Positions 34,060 to 43,595 of a stretch of 64,000 bases of DNA are shown here, piece after piece. Source of the stretch: a virus; the IMG/VR virus record IMGVR_UViG_3300045988_161114, positions 120,640-184,639 of that record; one strand, written 5' to 3'. A program made the translations under genes and the position numbers. Position 1 is the first letter of the stretch, and each line of letters starts with the position of its first letter. The notes under the pieces are model-generated. The model was given only the letters and a program-made list of their open reading frames with translations. It searched no databases and had not been told where the DNA came from.

Positions 34060-35331
34060 ATGGCAATAAACACTGAAGAATTAAGACCGTATGCATATAC
34101 GGATAGACAAAGATTTATATTGGACGCTATTGATCAATATGGCGGACAATTGCCTGCTGCTAAAGCATTGAATATTTCAAATGGAACTGTATCATCCCAT
34201 TTAGCTGCTATTAGAAGAGCTAAAGAAGAGGCAAATATAGACGAAGCAATTCGTTCTAGAATTAATGTTAATAAAATAGCTAAGACTGCTAAAGTCCTTA
34301 CTAGTGATACATATTCTTTATCTGACAAAGTAAAAGAAATTGAAGGCAAACTTTTTAAAAAAGATATGTCTAAAGCAGAATTTTTAAATTCTAAATCTTC
34401 ATCTACTTTGTATGATGCAAATGGCAATGTAAAATTACAATGGATTAAAACAGATTCTAAAGAATCTGCTATTGCAGAAACGATTAAATCTGCAATGGAA
34501 GAGTTTTACAATTTTGCTAAACCGGTATCAATACCAGTAGTACCGCGCCCTATTGTTGAAAATAAATTGTTAGCACAATATACCATTACTGATTATCATC
34601 TTGGTATGTTTGCTGATATGTTTGAAACTCATGAAGGTAAACCTTGGAATACTGATATTGCTACTGCTAAATTAGCTGAAGTATTTGACAGAATGGTTAA
34701 TGCCGCTCCTTATACTGAAAGAGCTGTTATTAATATTCTAGGTGATTTCTTACACTATGATAGTGAGAAACCCGTAACACCAGCACATGGTCATATATTA
34801 AGTGCAGATGCACGTCCTGGCAAATTAATTAGATTAGCTATTAAATTGGTTAATCATGCTGTAATGAAAGTATTAGAGAAAGCTGAAAATGTTACTCTTA
34901 TAATTTCCCAAGGTAATCATGACCCAATAAGTTCCTTATGGTTACAAAATTGTTTTGCATTTATGTATTCTGAAGAAGAAAACGTAGAAGTTGTTGTAAA
35001 CTCTACACCTTGGATTGCATATGAATGGGGCAACACATTACTTGCTTATCATCATGGTCATAGAATTAAAAAGTTGAGTGATATTGCAGTTAAGATTCCT
35101 AATCTATTTGCAGTTGAATGGGGCAATACAATATATCGTTATTGCCATGTTGGTCATCACCATCATCAACACATTGAAGAAGTTGGCGGCATAATTATTG
35201 AACGTCATCAAACACTAGCACCAAATGATGATTATGCTAGTGGAATGGGATTAACATCTCAGAGAGGTGCAAATCTTATTATTTATTCCCAAGATCATGG
35301 TGAAATTTCTAGGATGACATTCCGACCATGA
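34060..35331 (+). CDS. Metallophosphoesterase with N-terminal HTH-like region
   Basis: Calcineurin-like motifs DYHLG, GDFLHYD, GNHD and HHGH. The ATG at 34060 was chosen because the track start lies inside the terminator. Confidence 0.65.
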   Translation: MAINTEELRPYAYTDRQRFILDAIDQYGGQLPAAKALNISNGTVSSHLAAIRRAKEEANIDEAIRSRINVNKIAKTAKVLTSDTYSLSDKVKEIEGKLFKKDMSKAEFLNSKSSSTLYDANGNVKLQWIKTDSKESAIAETIKSAMEEFYNFAKPVSIPVVPRPIVENKLLAQYTITDYHLGMFADMFETHEGKPWNTDIATAKLAEVFDRMVNAAPYTERAVINILGDFLHYDSEKPVTPAHGHILSADARPGKLIRLAIKLVNHAVMKVLEKAENVTLIISQGNHDPISSLWLQNCFAFMYSEEENVEVVVNSTPWIAYEWGNTLLAYHHGHRIKKLSDIAVKIPNLFAVEWGNTIYRYCHVGHHHHQHIEEVGGIIIERHQTLAPNDDYASGMGLTSQRGANLIIYSQDHGEISRMTFRP

Positions 35332-35534
35332 AATATCAAACAACAAGTGAAGTATTGTGTTATGATCCAAAAGAATATCCGCCGCCATTAAATACAAAAA
35401 TATATTGTGTTTCAAAATATGGTGTAGGAAGACTTGGACATTGGGTTGAAGATTTTGATATAGCATGGTATCCATTACCTAAACTACCTCAATCCGTTAA
35501 AGATTTAATTAACGAAAGATTGCTTAAAGCATAA
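35328..35534 (+). CDS. Hypothetical small protein
   Basis: 68 aa. ATGA overlap with the upstream gene. Confidence 0.6.
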   Translation: MKYQTTSEVLCYDPKEYPPPLNTKIYCVSKYGVGRLGHWVEDFDIAWYPLPKLPQSVKDLINERLLKA

Positions 35535-35555
35535 TCTTTTGTTCTTATTTTCAGT

Positions 35556-35587
35556 AAGCTGGTATTTAAAATGCCAGCTTTTATTTT
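35556..35587 (+). terminator. Rho-independent terminator
   Basis: aagctggta / tgccagctt stem, then TTATTTT. Confidence 0.65.
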
Positions 35588-35601
35588 ACTGTAATTTAAA
35601 T

Positions 35602-35868
35602 ATGATAGAATATTTATTAGGATTTTTCGTTACATTCTGTATTTTATTTGGGGCATTTATTGCAGCTTATAAAAACGGAAAAATTAAATATTATGCAAAA
35701 TATAATGAAAAAGATAAGATTATAGAAATCTCATTTCTTATAGTTTGTTTTATCGTATTATCTTTCATATGGCCATTATCAGCTTTTATTTTATTAGCTC
35801 TTTTGCTATTGTTTTTATTTTATAAAGTTATTGTCTTTATTGCAATTTCAATAGTTAAAAGGTTTTAA
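35602..35868 (+). CDS. Small membrane protein
   Basis: ATG at 35602 (MIEYLLGFFVTF...). Three TM segments. Confidence 0.55.
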   Translation: MIEYLLGFFVTFCILFGAFIAAYKNGKIKYYAKYNEKDKIIEISFLIVCFIVLSFIWPLSAFILLALLLLFLFYKVIVFIAISIVKRF

Positions 35869-35938
35869 TGTTTTATTTTAGTATAGTATTTTTATATACT
35901 ATTTATTTTTCATTTCATTTTTTATAAAGGGATTAAAC

Positions 35939-37414
35939 ATGAAAAAGACTTTTATTGCATTTGCTTTAGCCGCATTTATTACTCCTGCATTTGCTGTAAA
36001 TACTACTTATGGTAGTGATCAAAATGTAGACGGTAATTATAATGTAACTACTGGTCAGAAATTGATTGTTGCTGGTCAAGGCAATACAGTAACCGGAGTA
36101 GATATTATTACTGCCGGTGATTCTAATGTAGTATCCGGTATTCATAATATTGTTGATGGTAAAATCAATGTCGTATCTGGTCATAATGCTGCTGCAAAAG
36201 GCAACATGTCTGTAGCAATCGGTCAACGCGCTGAAGCTTACAATAGCATGGTTACTGCCGTAGGTTCTGACACTAAAGGTCTTGGTGAATCATCTGTAGC
36301 TCTTGGTAAGGGTGCTACAACTGGTGAAGAAGCTAAAGCTTCTACTGCAGTAGGTCCACATGCTACTGCTATGTCTCCTTCTGCATTTGCTGGTGCTTTA
36401 CATGCTTATGCTGGTGGTGCACAATCTGTAGCATTGGGTCAAAGCAGCCAATCTATGGGTGAAAAATCTACTGCCATTGGTTCTGGTGCACAAGCTTTGG
36501 AACGCTTCTCTACTGCTGTAGGTGGCAATGCTGTTGCTACCAATCAACATGATGTCGCTTTGGGTTTCGGTTCCAAAACAACTGGTGCTGTTGGCACTGC
36601 TACATCAGAAATTAATGGTGTTAAATATGGCACTTATGCCGGTCATCGCCCTACAAGCGAATTAAGTGTTGGTAGTGAAGGCTGGGAACGCAATGTAACC
36701 AATGTTGCAGCCGGTCGTATTACTAAAACCTCTACCGATGCCGTTAATGGCAGTCAGCTTTTCGCCGTTGCTAATCAAGTTGGTGAAAATACCAAAGGTG
36801 TTGAAGCCAATAAGAAAGCAATTGCCGAATTGGGTGATGTTGTAGCTATTAATGCCGGCAATATTGAAGCCAATACTCAACAAATCACTACTTTGAACCA
36901 TACTGTTCAACAGCAAAACACTTGGAACGAAGCTCAAGATGGTCAAATCAATGAGCTGCATGGCAATGTTGGTGTCAATTCTGAACGTCTGGATAATCTG
37001 ACTGCTCTGGTTAAAGGTATGGGTGCTAACGAAGCAATCCTGCGTAAAGAAATGCACGATCTTCGCCGTGAATCTCGTGCCGGCATTGCTGGTGCTAATG
37101 CTATTGCTGGCATTCCGCAACCACACGCTCCTGGACAAACTGCATTTGGCGTTGGTGCTGGTTATTTCAAACACGAAGGTGCAGTAGCTTTGGGCGTTTC
37201 CCACATTTCCAACTCTGGTAAGTGGGTCACCAAGGCTGGTGTCAATTTTGACACCCGTAAAAATGTTGGTGCGACAATTGGTTTGAGTTATGTATTGGGA
37301 GGCGTTCCTGTTGTAGCTCCTGCTCCTGTTGTAATTCATAAAACTGAAGTTGTTGAAAAAGTAATCGTACGTGAAGTAGCGCCGGTTCCTGCACAAGTAA
37401 AAGTGCGTCAATAA
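35939..37414 (+). CDS. Trimeric autotransporter adhesin (YadA family)
   Basis: Signal peptide MKKTFIAFALAAFITPAFA. Repetitive head/stalk (GxNxxAxG repeats). Neck NVAAGRITKTSTDAVNGSQLFA. Coiled-coil stalk. C-terminal anchor AGIAGANAIAGIPQP...GVGAGYF..GAVALGVS. Confidence 0.8.
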   Translation: MKKTFIAFALAAFITPAFAVNTTYGSDQNVDGNYNVTTGQKLIVAGQGNTVTGVDIITAGDSNVVSGIHNIVDGKINVVSGHNAAAKGNMSVAIGQRAEAYNSMVTAVGSDTKGLGESSVALGKGATTGEEAKASTAVGPHATAMSPSAFAGALHAYAGGAQSVALGQSSQSMGEKSTAIGSGAQALERFSTAVGGNAVATNQHDVALGFGSKTTGAVGTATSEINGVKYGTYAGHRPTSELSVGSEGWERNVTNVAAGRITKTSTDAVNGSQLFAVANQVGENTKGVEANKKAIAELGDVVAINAGNIEANTQQITTLNHTVQQQNTWNEAQDGQINELHGNVGVNSERLDNLTALVKGMGANEAILRKEMHDLRRESRAGIAGANAIAGIPQPHAPGQTAFGVGAGYFKHEGAVALGVSHISNSGKWVTKAGVNFDTRKNVGATIGLSYVLGGVPVVAPAPVVIHKTEVVEKVIVREVAPVPAQVKVRQ

Positions 37415-37424
37415 TAAAAATGAA

Positions 37425-37457
37425 AGCCCTAGCTCGACGCTAGGGTTTTTGTTTTTG
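37425..37457 (+). terminator. Rho-independent terminator
   Basis: agccctagc / gctagggtt stem, then TTTTGTTTTT. Confidence 0.75.
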
Positions 37458-37564
37458 TAGCTTATTAATATTAAAGGTTTTTGAAAGTCAAAAGCTCTTG
37501 ATATTAGTTATATTGATTAGAATAATAAACATAGTGTTGAAAGATTATTTTTGAAAGGTATTAG

Positions 37565-37792
37565 ATGAGTAAATTAGATGGACTACATCCATTCCTAATT
37601 GCAATATCTGTATGGATTTTTGGAATGCTTACCGGATCATGTATCCTCATGGCAATTAATAAGTACAAAATGGGGATATCAAGAACTTACATCGCAATGG
37701 ACAATCAATACCGTGCTGGCACTTGTATTGTCGTAGACTCTAATGAGTTAAGATGTAATTTTGATAAGGAAAGTATATATAAGTCTAATTGA
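37565..37792 (+). CDS. Small TM protein, C-x-FD family (paralogue of 40023..40208)
   Basis: N-terminal TM helix. C-terminal ...ELRCNFD matches ...KKVVCNFD. Confidence 0.55.
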   Translation: MSKLDGLHPFLIAISVWIFGMLTGSCILMAINKYKMGISRTYIAMDNQYRAGTCIVVDSNELRCNFDKESIYKSN

Positions 37793-38114
37793 GAATTCTC
37801 CATTTGATTTGATTGATTCTAATGTATATAGTATGCATCCACCCCAATTAAAAATGGAAGTCGGTAATCTTATAGTGGATATATTCCGAGGATTACAAGG
37901 AATTGTTTTGACAGATTCTTTATTTATGATTCGGGAATTGTATCTTTTTACTAATGGAACTGATATTCCTGTCAAGTATATTAACATTTACTTTGATAAA
38001 GATAAATGGAATATTGAACAATCAGATTCTATTGAAAATATGAAGCATGTATCTTTGCTTAATGAAAGTGAAGTTCAAGATGATAGATATATGAAATGTT
38101 ATACTTCAATATAA
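37761..38114 (+). CDS. Degenerate ABC/AAA_15-type ATPase C-terminal fragment, short copy
   Basis: MHPPQLK...IVLTDSLFMIRELYLF...YINIYFDKDKWNIEQSD...HVSLLNES aligns with 40881..41381. Start uncertain (TTG 37761 or ATG 37833). Confidence 0.5.
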   Translation: MIRKVYISLIENSPFDLIDSNVYSMHPPQLKMEVGNLIVDIFRGLQGIVLTDSLFMIRELYLFTNGTDIPVKYINIYFDKDKWNIEQSDSIENMKHVSLLNESEVQDDRYMKCYTSI

Positions 38115-38123
38115 GGTGTTAAA

Positions 38124-38393
38124 ATGGTTAGTAAGCTATGGGATGAAGAAGCACGTGAAGCATATGAAAAAAAGTTGGAAAAGAAAACAGCTATTATTTT
38201 GACACTTTTTATACTTTTTATTATCTTTTCTTTTATAGCATCTTTTATCTGGATTGGTTATTCCAAGAAAGAAATGTCAACTCCTATTGTATATACTGCT
38301 AAGAATTCTGATGGAACTATTCGTGAATGTGTTTATTTAAGAATTTCTGGAACAATAGAATGCGACGGTAAAGTAATTAAGGAATCTAAATGA
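38124..38393 (+). CDS. Small TM protein
   Basis: 89 aa with a central TM helix. Confidence 0.6.
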   Translation: MVSKLWDEEAREAYEKKLEKKTAIILTLFILFIIFSFIASFIWIGYSKKEMSTPIVYTAKNSDGTIRECVYLRISGTIECDGKVIKESK

Positions 38394-39094
38394 AATTGCC
38401 TGAGTATATAAATAAAGATTATCCAACTGAGAGTAACGCTTTATATTGTTTAAAAGAGATAAAATCCTGCTTGGAAAATAAAAATTCTACTACAAATATT
38501 CAAGATTATTTTGATGTAGTGGAAAATTATATCAATCATATTTCTAAGCAAAGACAAGAAAAGCGGGATTTAGAACTTAAAGAAATTTATTCTGAGGTAG
38601 TTAAAGAATATTTTACTGAGCGTACAAAATTAATTAAAAGATTAAAATCTTTTATTAGTAAAAATTCTTTATCGTCTAAAACCCTTCTTATTGGTAATAA
38701 TTGGATAAGTATGACATATCCAACTTATTATGAAAATAATAATCTTGGTTATTATGAAAATAATTGGGTTAAAAAAGAATTTGTAATACATATTCCTATA
38801 TATAAGGGCTATATAAATTTTATTATTCCTATGGAAGGTAATCCCTTAGAGCTTAGCAATCCCTATAGTGTTCCAATTTTAAAAGTTGAAGCCTTTAGAG
38901 ACGACTTTAAAATACCTTTATTCTCTAAAGAATATAAATGGGCTTTTGCCAGTATGGAATCTCCTTGGCTTGTATGCAATTCAATTTTGGAAAAAGTTTA
39001 TGATGCTAAATCGCATCATAAACCATCAGCAGAATTTGAGGCATTAATGTCACAAATTCTTAAAAGTTATCCTGATACAAGATATCATAAATAG
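38390..39094 (+). CDS. Hypothetical protein
   Basis: 234 aa with an ATGA overlap. Confidence 0.7.
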   Translation: MKLPEYINKDYPTESNALYCLKEIKSCLENKNSTTNIQDYFDVVENYINHISKQRQEKRDLELKEIYSEVVKEYFTERTKLIKRLKSFISKNSLSSKTLLIGNNWISMTYPTYYENNNLGYYENNWVKKEFVIHIPIYKGYINFIIPMEGNPLELSNPYSVPILKVEAFRDDFKIPLFSKEYKWAFASMESPWLVCNSILEKVYDAKSHHKPSAEFEALMSQILKSYPDTRYHK

Positions 39095-39220
39095 AATTAT
39101 TTATCAATTATGAATGATTTTAAAAATGAAGAAATTCCGAGATATGTTGTAATTTTAATATTAATATGGATAGGAATTATTTTAAATTCTTGTATAATTA
39201 AATTATAATAGAGGTATGAA

Positions 39221-39391
39221 ATGAAGAAATGTTATTTCGTAAATGATAAAGAATATAGCTGGATAGAGCTTATAAATCTTGCATCTGATTTAGATGATGA
39301 TTTTAATAATTCATATATTAAAACTACATCTAAAGCTGCTGAAGTTTTAAGAGAATCTGGTTTAAAAGTGACAACTTATAAAGAGGATTAA
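39221..39391 (+). CDS. Hypothetical small protein (56 aa)
   Basis: GAGG RBS followed by ATG. Below the ORF-track cutoff. Confidence 0.45.
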   Translation: MKKCYFVNDKEYSWIELINLASDLDDDFNNSYIKTTSKAAEVLRESGLKVTTYKED

Positions 39392-39453
39392 AAATGGATA
39401 ATAATAAATTAATTGAATAAATTGTAAAAGCTGCACAAGAAGATAGTACTTTT

Positions 39454-39837
39454 ATGGATAAGGTAAATAAAGCTATCTTGGATTCTAAAATTATTTCAAG
39501 AAGAGAGGCTGAAAGAATAGCAAAGTATATTCTTCATATTATTAATGTGAATCTTGGAGAACTTAAAGGGGATATTGTACTTAATACATTGAATTACCTT
39601 AAAGATCGTATTTGCATTCGTATTGGTCAATATTATATGTTTAGACCACTAGAAGAATTTAATTCTAATATTCTGTCTGAATTATCTTATATTTGCGGCA
39701 GAATTATTAAAAATGATTTTAATAACTTTAAAAAATATGTTGAATATAATTATCGTGGCCTAACTATGATTGATATATTTGAAGAAAAAGAAAAAGTTTT
39801 GCAAAGAGTAAAAGATGGACAAAAATATTCTTCTTAA
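39454..39837 (+). CDS. Hypothetical protein
   Basis: 127 aa. Confidence 0.65.
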   Translation: MDKVNKAILDSKIISRREAERIAKYILHIINVNLGELKGDIVLNTLNYLKDRICIRIGQYYMFRPLEEFNSNILSELSYICGRIIKNDFNNFKKYVEYNYRGLTMIDIFEEKEKVLQRVKDGQKYSS

Positions 39838-39966
39838 GGCAATTAAAAACTATGTATTTAAAAATTATCCAGATCTTAAACATTGTGATCTTGAAGAACT
39901 GATTTATGATTTAAGATAATCATAAAGGCTTTAAACAACATTAAACAAAAATATTTAATTAATAGT

Positions 39967-40008
39967 AACCACTGATTTTAATATCAGTGGTTTTATTTTA
40001 TTTTTTTT
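39967..40008 (+). terminator. Rho-independent terminator
   Basis: aaccactgat / atcagtggtt stem, then a long T-run. Confidence 0.8.
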
Positions 40009-40022
40009 AAAGGAATAATATC

Positions 40023-40208
40023 ATGGATAGTCATGCTGGTGTATTTCTTGCTATTTTTATAGCTTCACTTGTTATTATATCTGGCTTATTTGATGATAAG
40101 CCAAAGCCTGAAAATTATATTAGAGAATTTAAAGCTATTAATAATCATGGAAATATTGGTGTTTGTTTTCAAATTGATGATAAAAAAGTTGTTTGTAACT
40201 TTGATTAA
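40023..40208 (+). CDS. Small TM protein, C-x-FD family
   Basis: 61 aa. See 37565..37792. Confidence 0.55.
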   Translation: MDSHAGVFLAIFIASLVIISGLFDDKPKPENYIREFKAINNHGNIGVCFQIDDKKVVCNFD

Positions 40209-40221
40209 AGGAAATTAAAAA

Positions 40222-40869
40222 ATGAAATTAGAAGACATCAAAATTGGTCAGTTTTTGAAAGATAAATTCGGGAATAGATATAAGGTGGTAGAAGTCAATG
40301 AAGATGATGACTTTGCACCAGTAGAATTGAAATGTGTTAAATTTGTAAATAGTGTCTATTTTGGTAGTACATGTTTTGGTCATAGCAATAATCATATAAC
40401 CGAAATTGGTTCACGTGTTTGGGTTTTAAAAGACTATTCACGTCTTATATCATCCAATGGTTTTGTTGGTGAATTTTTAAAACGCAATTTTTGCTCTGAT
40501 ATCAATGTAGATAAATTGCGACGAATCGAACTTTCATTTAATGGAATTAAACGTGATTTTATCTTTGGTAGTCCAGAGGATATTGCAAAAATTGAGGTTA
40601 CATTAAAAGATTTATGTATTGATGATAATACAAATTATCCAACAAAATATAATGTAAGACTTGATGATATCATTGTTGATAAATCTGGTACAGAGTATAT
40701 TGTCATTGCTAGAAATAATGCCGGTATTGAAGTGAAATATAAAAGGGAATTTATTGGTTATAATGGCAAAGTTTTTGATATAAATTCAAAAATTTATATT
40801 CCATTCCCAAATAGTATATATCCTGATGATACTTTTATCACAAAAGAATTTGTGTTTAAAAATAAATAA
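40222..40869 (+). CDS. DKFGN-repeat protein
   Basis: 215 aa. The N-terminal domain is shared with 16969..17310. A second, degenerate copy (VRLDDIIVDKSGTEYIVI) lies in the C-terminal half. Confidence 0.7.
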   Translation: MKLEDIKIGQFLKDKFGNRYKVVEVNEDDDFAPVELKCVKFVNSVYFGSTCFGHSNNHITEIGSRVWVLKDYSRLISSNGFVGEFLKRNFCSDINVDKLRRIELSFNGIKRDFIFGSPEDIAKIEVTLKDLCIDDNTNYPTKYNVRLDDIIVDKSGTEYIVIARNNAGIEVKYKREFIGYNGKVFDINSKIYIPFPNSIYPDDTFITKEFVFKNK

Positions 40870-40880
40870 AGGAATTTGGT

Positions 40881-41381
40881 ATGCATTATCTTGGTTGCGA
40901 ATATGCCAATGTTACAGATAATCGAACTAGAGAAATAAAATTCCCTCGTGATGATAAGTTTCGAAAGCTTTCTCCGGCTATTAATATAGTAACTAGTGAT
41001 CATATGTATGATCTTAATAACGTTGCTGATAGCCTTATGATGCTTGATGAGTCTCATATTACTTATATATGGACTGATTCTAAAAATAGAATGCATCCTG
41101 CTAATTTAAAAGATGAAGCAGAACGTATAATAGCGTTTGCAGAGAAGCAATACCAGTGGCTTATTTTTACTGATTCATTATTCTTTGTTAAAGAGCTTGA
41201 AATGCTGACTAGACAAAAGAAATTAGATATAAAATATTTTAATCTTTATTTTGAGGATAATGTATTAGAAATTGAAGAATCAGATGATATGTATTCTTTA
41301 AATCACTTTAGTTTATTGAATGAATCAATCTCACAATTTGAGAGAGAAACTGATTTATACGATTTATCATTTGCAGAGTAA
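40881..41381 (+). CDS. Degenerate ABC/AAA_15-type ATPase C-terminal fragment, long copy
   Basis: LMMLDESHITYIW..NRMHPANLKD...WLIFTDSLFFVKEL mimics Walker B (hhhhDE), the LHP motif and the TTHSP H-loop of OLD/AAA_15-type ATPases. It has no Walker A, and His is replaced by Asp. Confidence 0.55.
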   Translation: MHYLGCEYANVTDNRTREIKFPRDDKFRKLSPAINIVTSDHMYDLNNVADSLMMLDESHITYIWTDSKNRMHPANLKDEAERIIAFAEKQYQWLIFTDSLFFVKELEMLTRQKKLDIKYFNLYFEDNVLEIEESDDMYSLNHFSLLNESISQFERETDLYDLSFAE

Positions 41382-41460
41382 TATTATGACTGAGGTACTT
41401 GTTTTTCTTATGATTGCCGGACTAATTGACTTTCTGGTATCAAATATATTTGATTAAAAA

Positions 41461-41778
41461 ATGAAATACTTCTTATTTATTGATGACATAAGAAATCCAA
41501 ATTTTGAATCAGATATTGAAATTAAAATTGCGCGCAATTCTGACGAAGCAATTTCTATTTTGAAAGAATTTGGAATTCCGAATCAAATTTCTTTTGATCA
41601 TGATCTTGGTGGTGATGATACATCTATTATTTATATTAATGCACTTACAGATTATATTATTGATAACAATATTAAGTTCTCAAAAGAATTTAAATATTAT
41701 GTTCATTCTCAAAATCCAGTAGGTGCTCAAAATATAATTAGTAAGATGGACTCATTATTAAAATATTTTTGTGAGTAA
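41461..41778 (+). CDS. Receiver-like domain protein (cyclic-phosphate-processing receiver, CPR, type; tentative)
   Basis: 105 aa. MKYFLFIDDIRNP...ISFDHDLGGDD matches my memory of the LDD.R...DHDLG pattern of CPR domains. Confidence 0.45.
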   Translation: MKYFLFIDDIRNPNFESDIEIKIARNSDEAISILKEFGIPNQISFDHDLGGDDTSIIYINALTDYIIDNNIKFSKEFKYYVHSQNPVGAQNIISKMDSLLKYFCE

Positions 41779-41781
41779 ATT

Positions 41782-42432
41782 ATGATTATTAATCCTGACT
41801 TCTTTATTGTCGGTGGCTTTGCTATATCCGGCCTTTTAACAAGTTTTGTTTTTTATTATTTAGAATTTAAAGTACCCCTTTGGAAGAATATTCTATATTC
41901 TTTAGCCTTCTTTATTGTTTGTATCTGTATTTCTATTCATTTACATGATCGAATGGAAAACCGATTGAAGTCTCTTAGACAAACTGTTTATATTAAATAT
42001 AAACACGATAAAGTTATTAAAACTGGTAAGCATAGTTATGGTAAAAGGAACTATTTTACTGTAATTTTTGATAATAAATGTGTAGGCGACATAGTAGTTG
42101 ATGAAGAATCCTACAAGAAATTTAAAGAAGGAGATTACATAAATGTAACTCCAACTTATTTTGTTTATTATCAATATTTGAGAAAAAGTTGTGAATCTAA
42201 TGATATATATGTTGATGACAATTATGACGCTAAAGTAATGTATAAGCGTGTACAGCTTAATGATAATGGTAAGTTCATTTATAAAATGGGATTTAAATAT
42301 CCAAATGGTTGTGTATATGAAAAGAATGTTTCAATACATGATTATCAAAATATTGTAGAGGGCGCTATTATTCGTAGCAATTCAAATATAAAATATGATT
42401 ACAACTCTATTAAGAGTAAACAATGTAATTAA
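41782..42432 (+). CDS. Membrane-anchored protein
   Basis: 216 aa with two N-terminal TM helices. Confidence 0.65.
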   Translation: MIINPDFFIVGGFAISGLLTSFVFYYLEFKVPLWKNILYSLAFFIVCICISIHLHDRMENRLKSLRQTVYIKYKHDKVIKTGKHSYGKRNYFTVIFDNKCVGDIVVDEESYKKFKEGDYINVTPTYFVYYQYLRKSCESNDIYVDDNYDAKVMYKRVQLNDNGKFIYKMGFKYPNGCVYEKNVSIHDYQNIVEGAIIRSNSNIKYDYNSIKSKQCN

Positions 42433-42531
42433 TGTATAAAAATTAAAATAGGGACACAAATGGAATATCTTATTATCGGCAATGTTTTATTAACGTATTG
42501 TTTATTTTTTGTATTTAAAAAGGAATATTAA

Positions 42532-43014
42532 ATGGTTGTTGATGAAAAAACTTATAAAGATTTAATTTATAAGATTGCATCTGAAGATTCTGGATTTAAA
42601 AAGGTTCTTGATGAGCGCATTGACTTATATAAAAAGAATACTTTTGAAATAGAGCAATTAAAAAATCGTGCTTATAAGTTTTGCAATATTGCTCACGATG
42701 TTTTTAAATTTAATGTCAATACAGTTGAACCTTTATCTCAAGATGAATTTATTCAAATTGTAATGGATAAATTTGATAAGATGGTTTCTCAAACTGTTGG
42801 TAATGCAGTGATGAGGAATAGCCCTCTATATAAAGATAAAGCTGTATTTGATACTTTAAAAAGCTTTATATCTAGGTTTTATGATGCCGGATTAGAAGAA
42901 CTTTATCATGATACTTTGAAATATTGTAGATTAGTTTTTCATGAAGTTCTACCTGATATTTATAGTAAATGTAAAGATTATGAAGAATTTATTAATATGA
43001 AGGCAAGACCATGA
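42532..43014 (+). CDS. Hypothetical protein
   Basis: 160 aa. Confidence 0.7.
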   Translation: MVVDEKTYKDLIYKIASEDSGFKKVLDERIDLYKKNTFEIEQLKNRAYKFCNIAHDVFKFNVNTVEPLSQDEFIQIVMDKFDKMVSQTVGNAVMRNSPLYKDKAVFDTLKSFISRFYDAGLEELYHDTLKYCRLVFHEVLPDIYSKCKDYEEFINMKARP

Positions 43015-43340
43015 GTAATGAATGGATTAAATATGAAGAAAAGATTGTACTTGGTGATAACAATACAGTCTTATGTATTCTTCATTTAGATGGCGCCTTA
43101 GTATTTGGTCGCGCGGTTATTGATGAATTAGATGTTAAATATTCTAGTTTAGATTATAAAGATAAAATTAAGAAATGCTATGATATAGCACTTTCTCGTG
43201 CAAATAAAAACTTTTTAAAACCCGGTAGAAATCCTGATAAAGAGTTTTTTCATGAACAAATTACATGTCATGGATTGTATACAAACTATTTATTAAATGG
43301 ATTTACTAATTATACGAAAAGCATTATTAAAATGCTTTAA
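43011..43340 (+). CDS. Hypothetical protein
   Basis: 109 aa with an ATGA overlap. Confidence 0.65.
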   Translation: MSNEWIKYEEKIVLGDNNTVLCILHLDGALVFGRAVIDELDVKYSSLDYKDKIKKCYDIALSRANKNFLKPGRNPDKEFFHEQITCHGLYTNYLLNGFTNYTKSIIKML

Positions 43341-43359
43341 TAGAAAATAGGACAAAGGT

Positions 43360-43593
43360 ATGACAAATATTGAACATTTATCTCTCCCATCAGTTTTTAT
43401 TGAGCCAAGCAAATACAAGGACCAAGTTCTTGTATATAAAAAGAATTCTAATGTAAGTAATGGGGCTCCAGTGTTAATATACTGTAGTGAAAGTATTTTA
43501 TCTGCAATACGAATTTTAAATAAGTCTAATCCGCAAAATAAAGCTGATATTGAGCTTGTAGAGTGGTATATGAATAGATTTTTAAAGGATTAA
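43360..43593 (+). CDS. Hypothetical protein
   Basis: 77 aa. Confidence 0.6.
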   Translation: MTNIEHLSLPSVFIEPSKYKDQVLVYKKNSNVSNGAPVLIYCSESILSAIRILNKSNPQNKADIELVEWYMNRFLKD

Positions 43594-43595
43594 TT

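Noticed and set aside
36662-37411. 249-aa minus-strand ORF opposite the adhesin gene.
   Set aside because: The plus-strand gene has a signal peptide, YadA neck and anchor motifs. The Ala/Gly/Val-rich repeats (GCN/GGN/GTN codons) naturally leave the antisense frame open.
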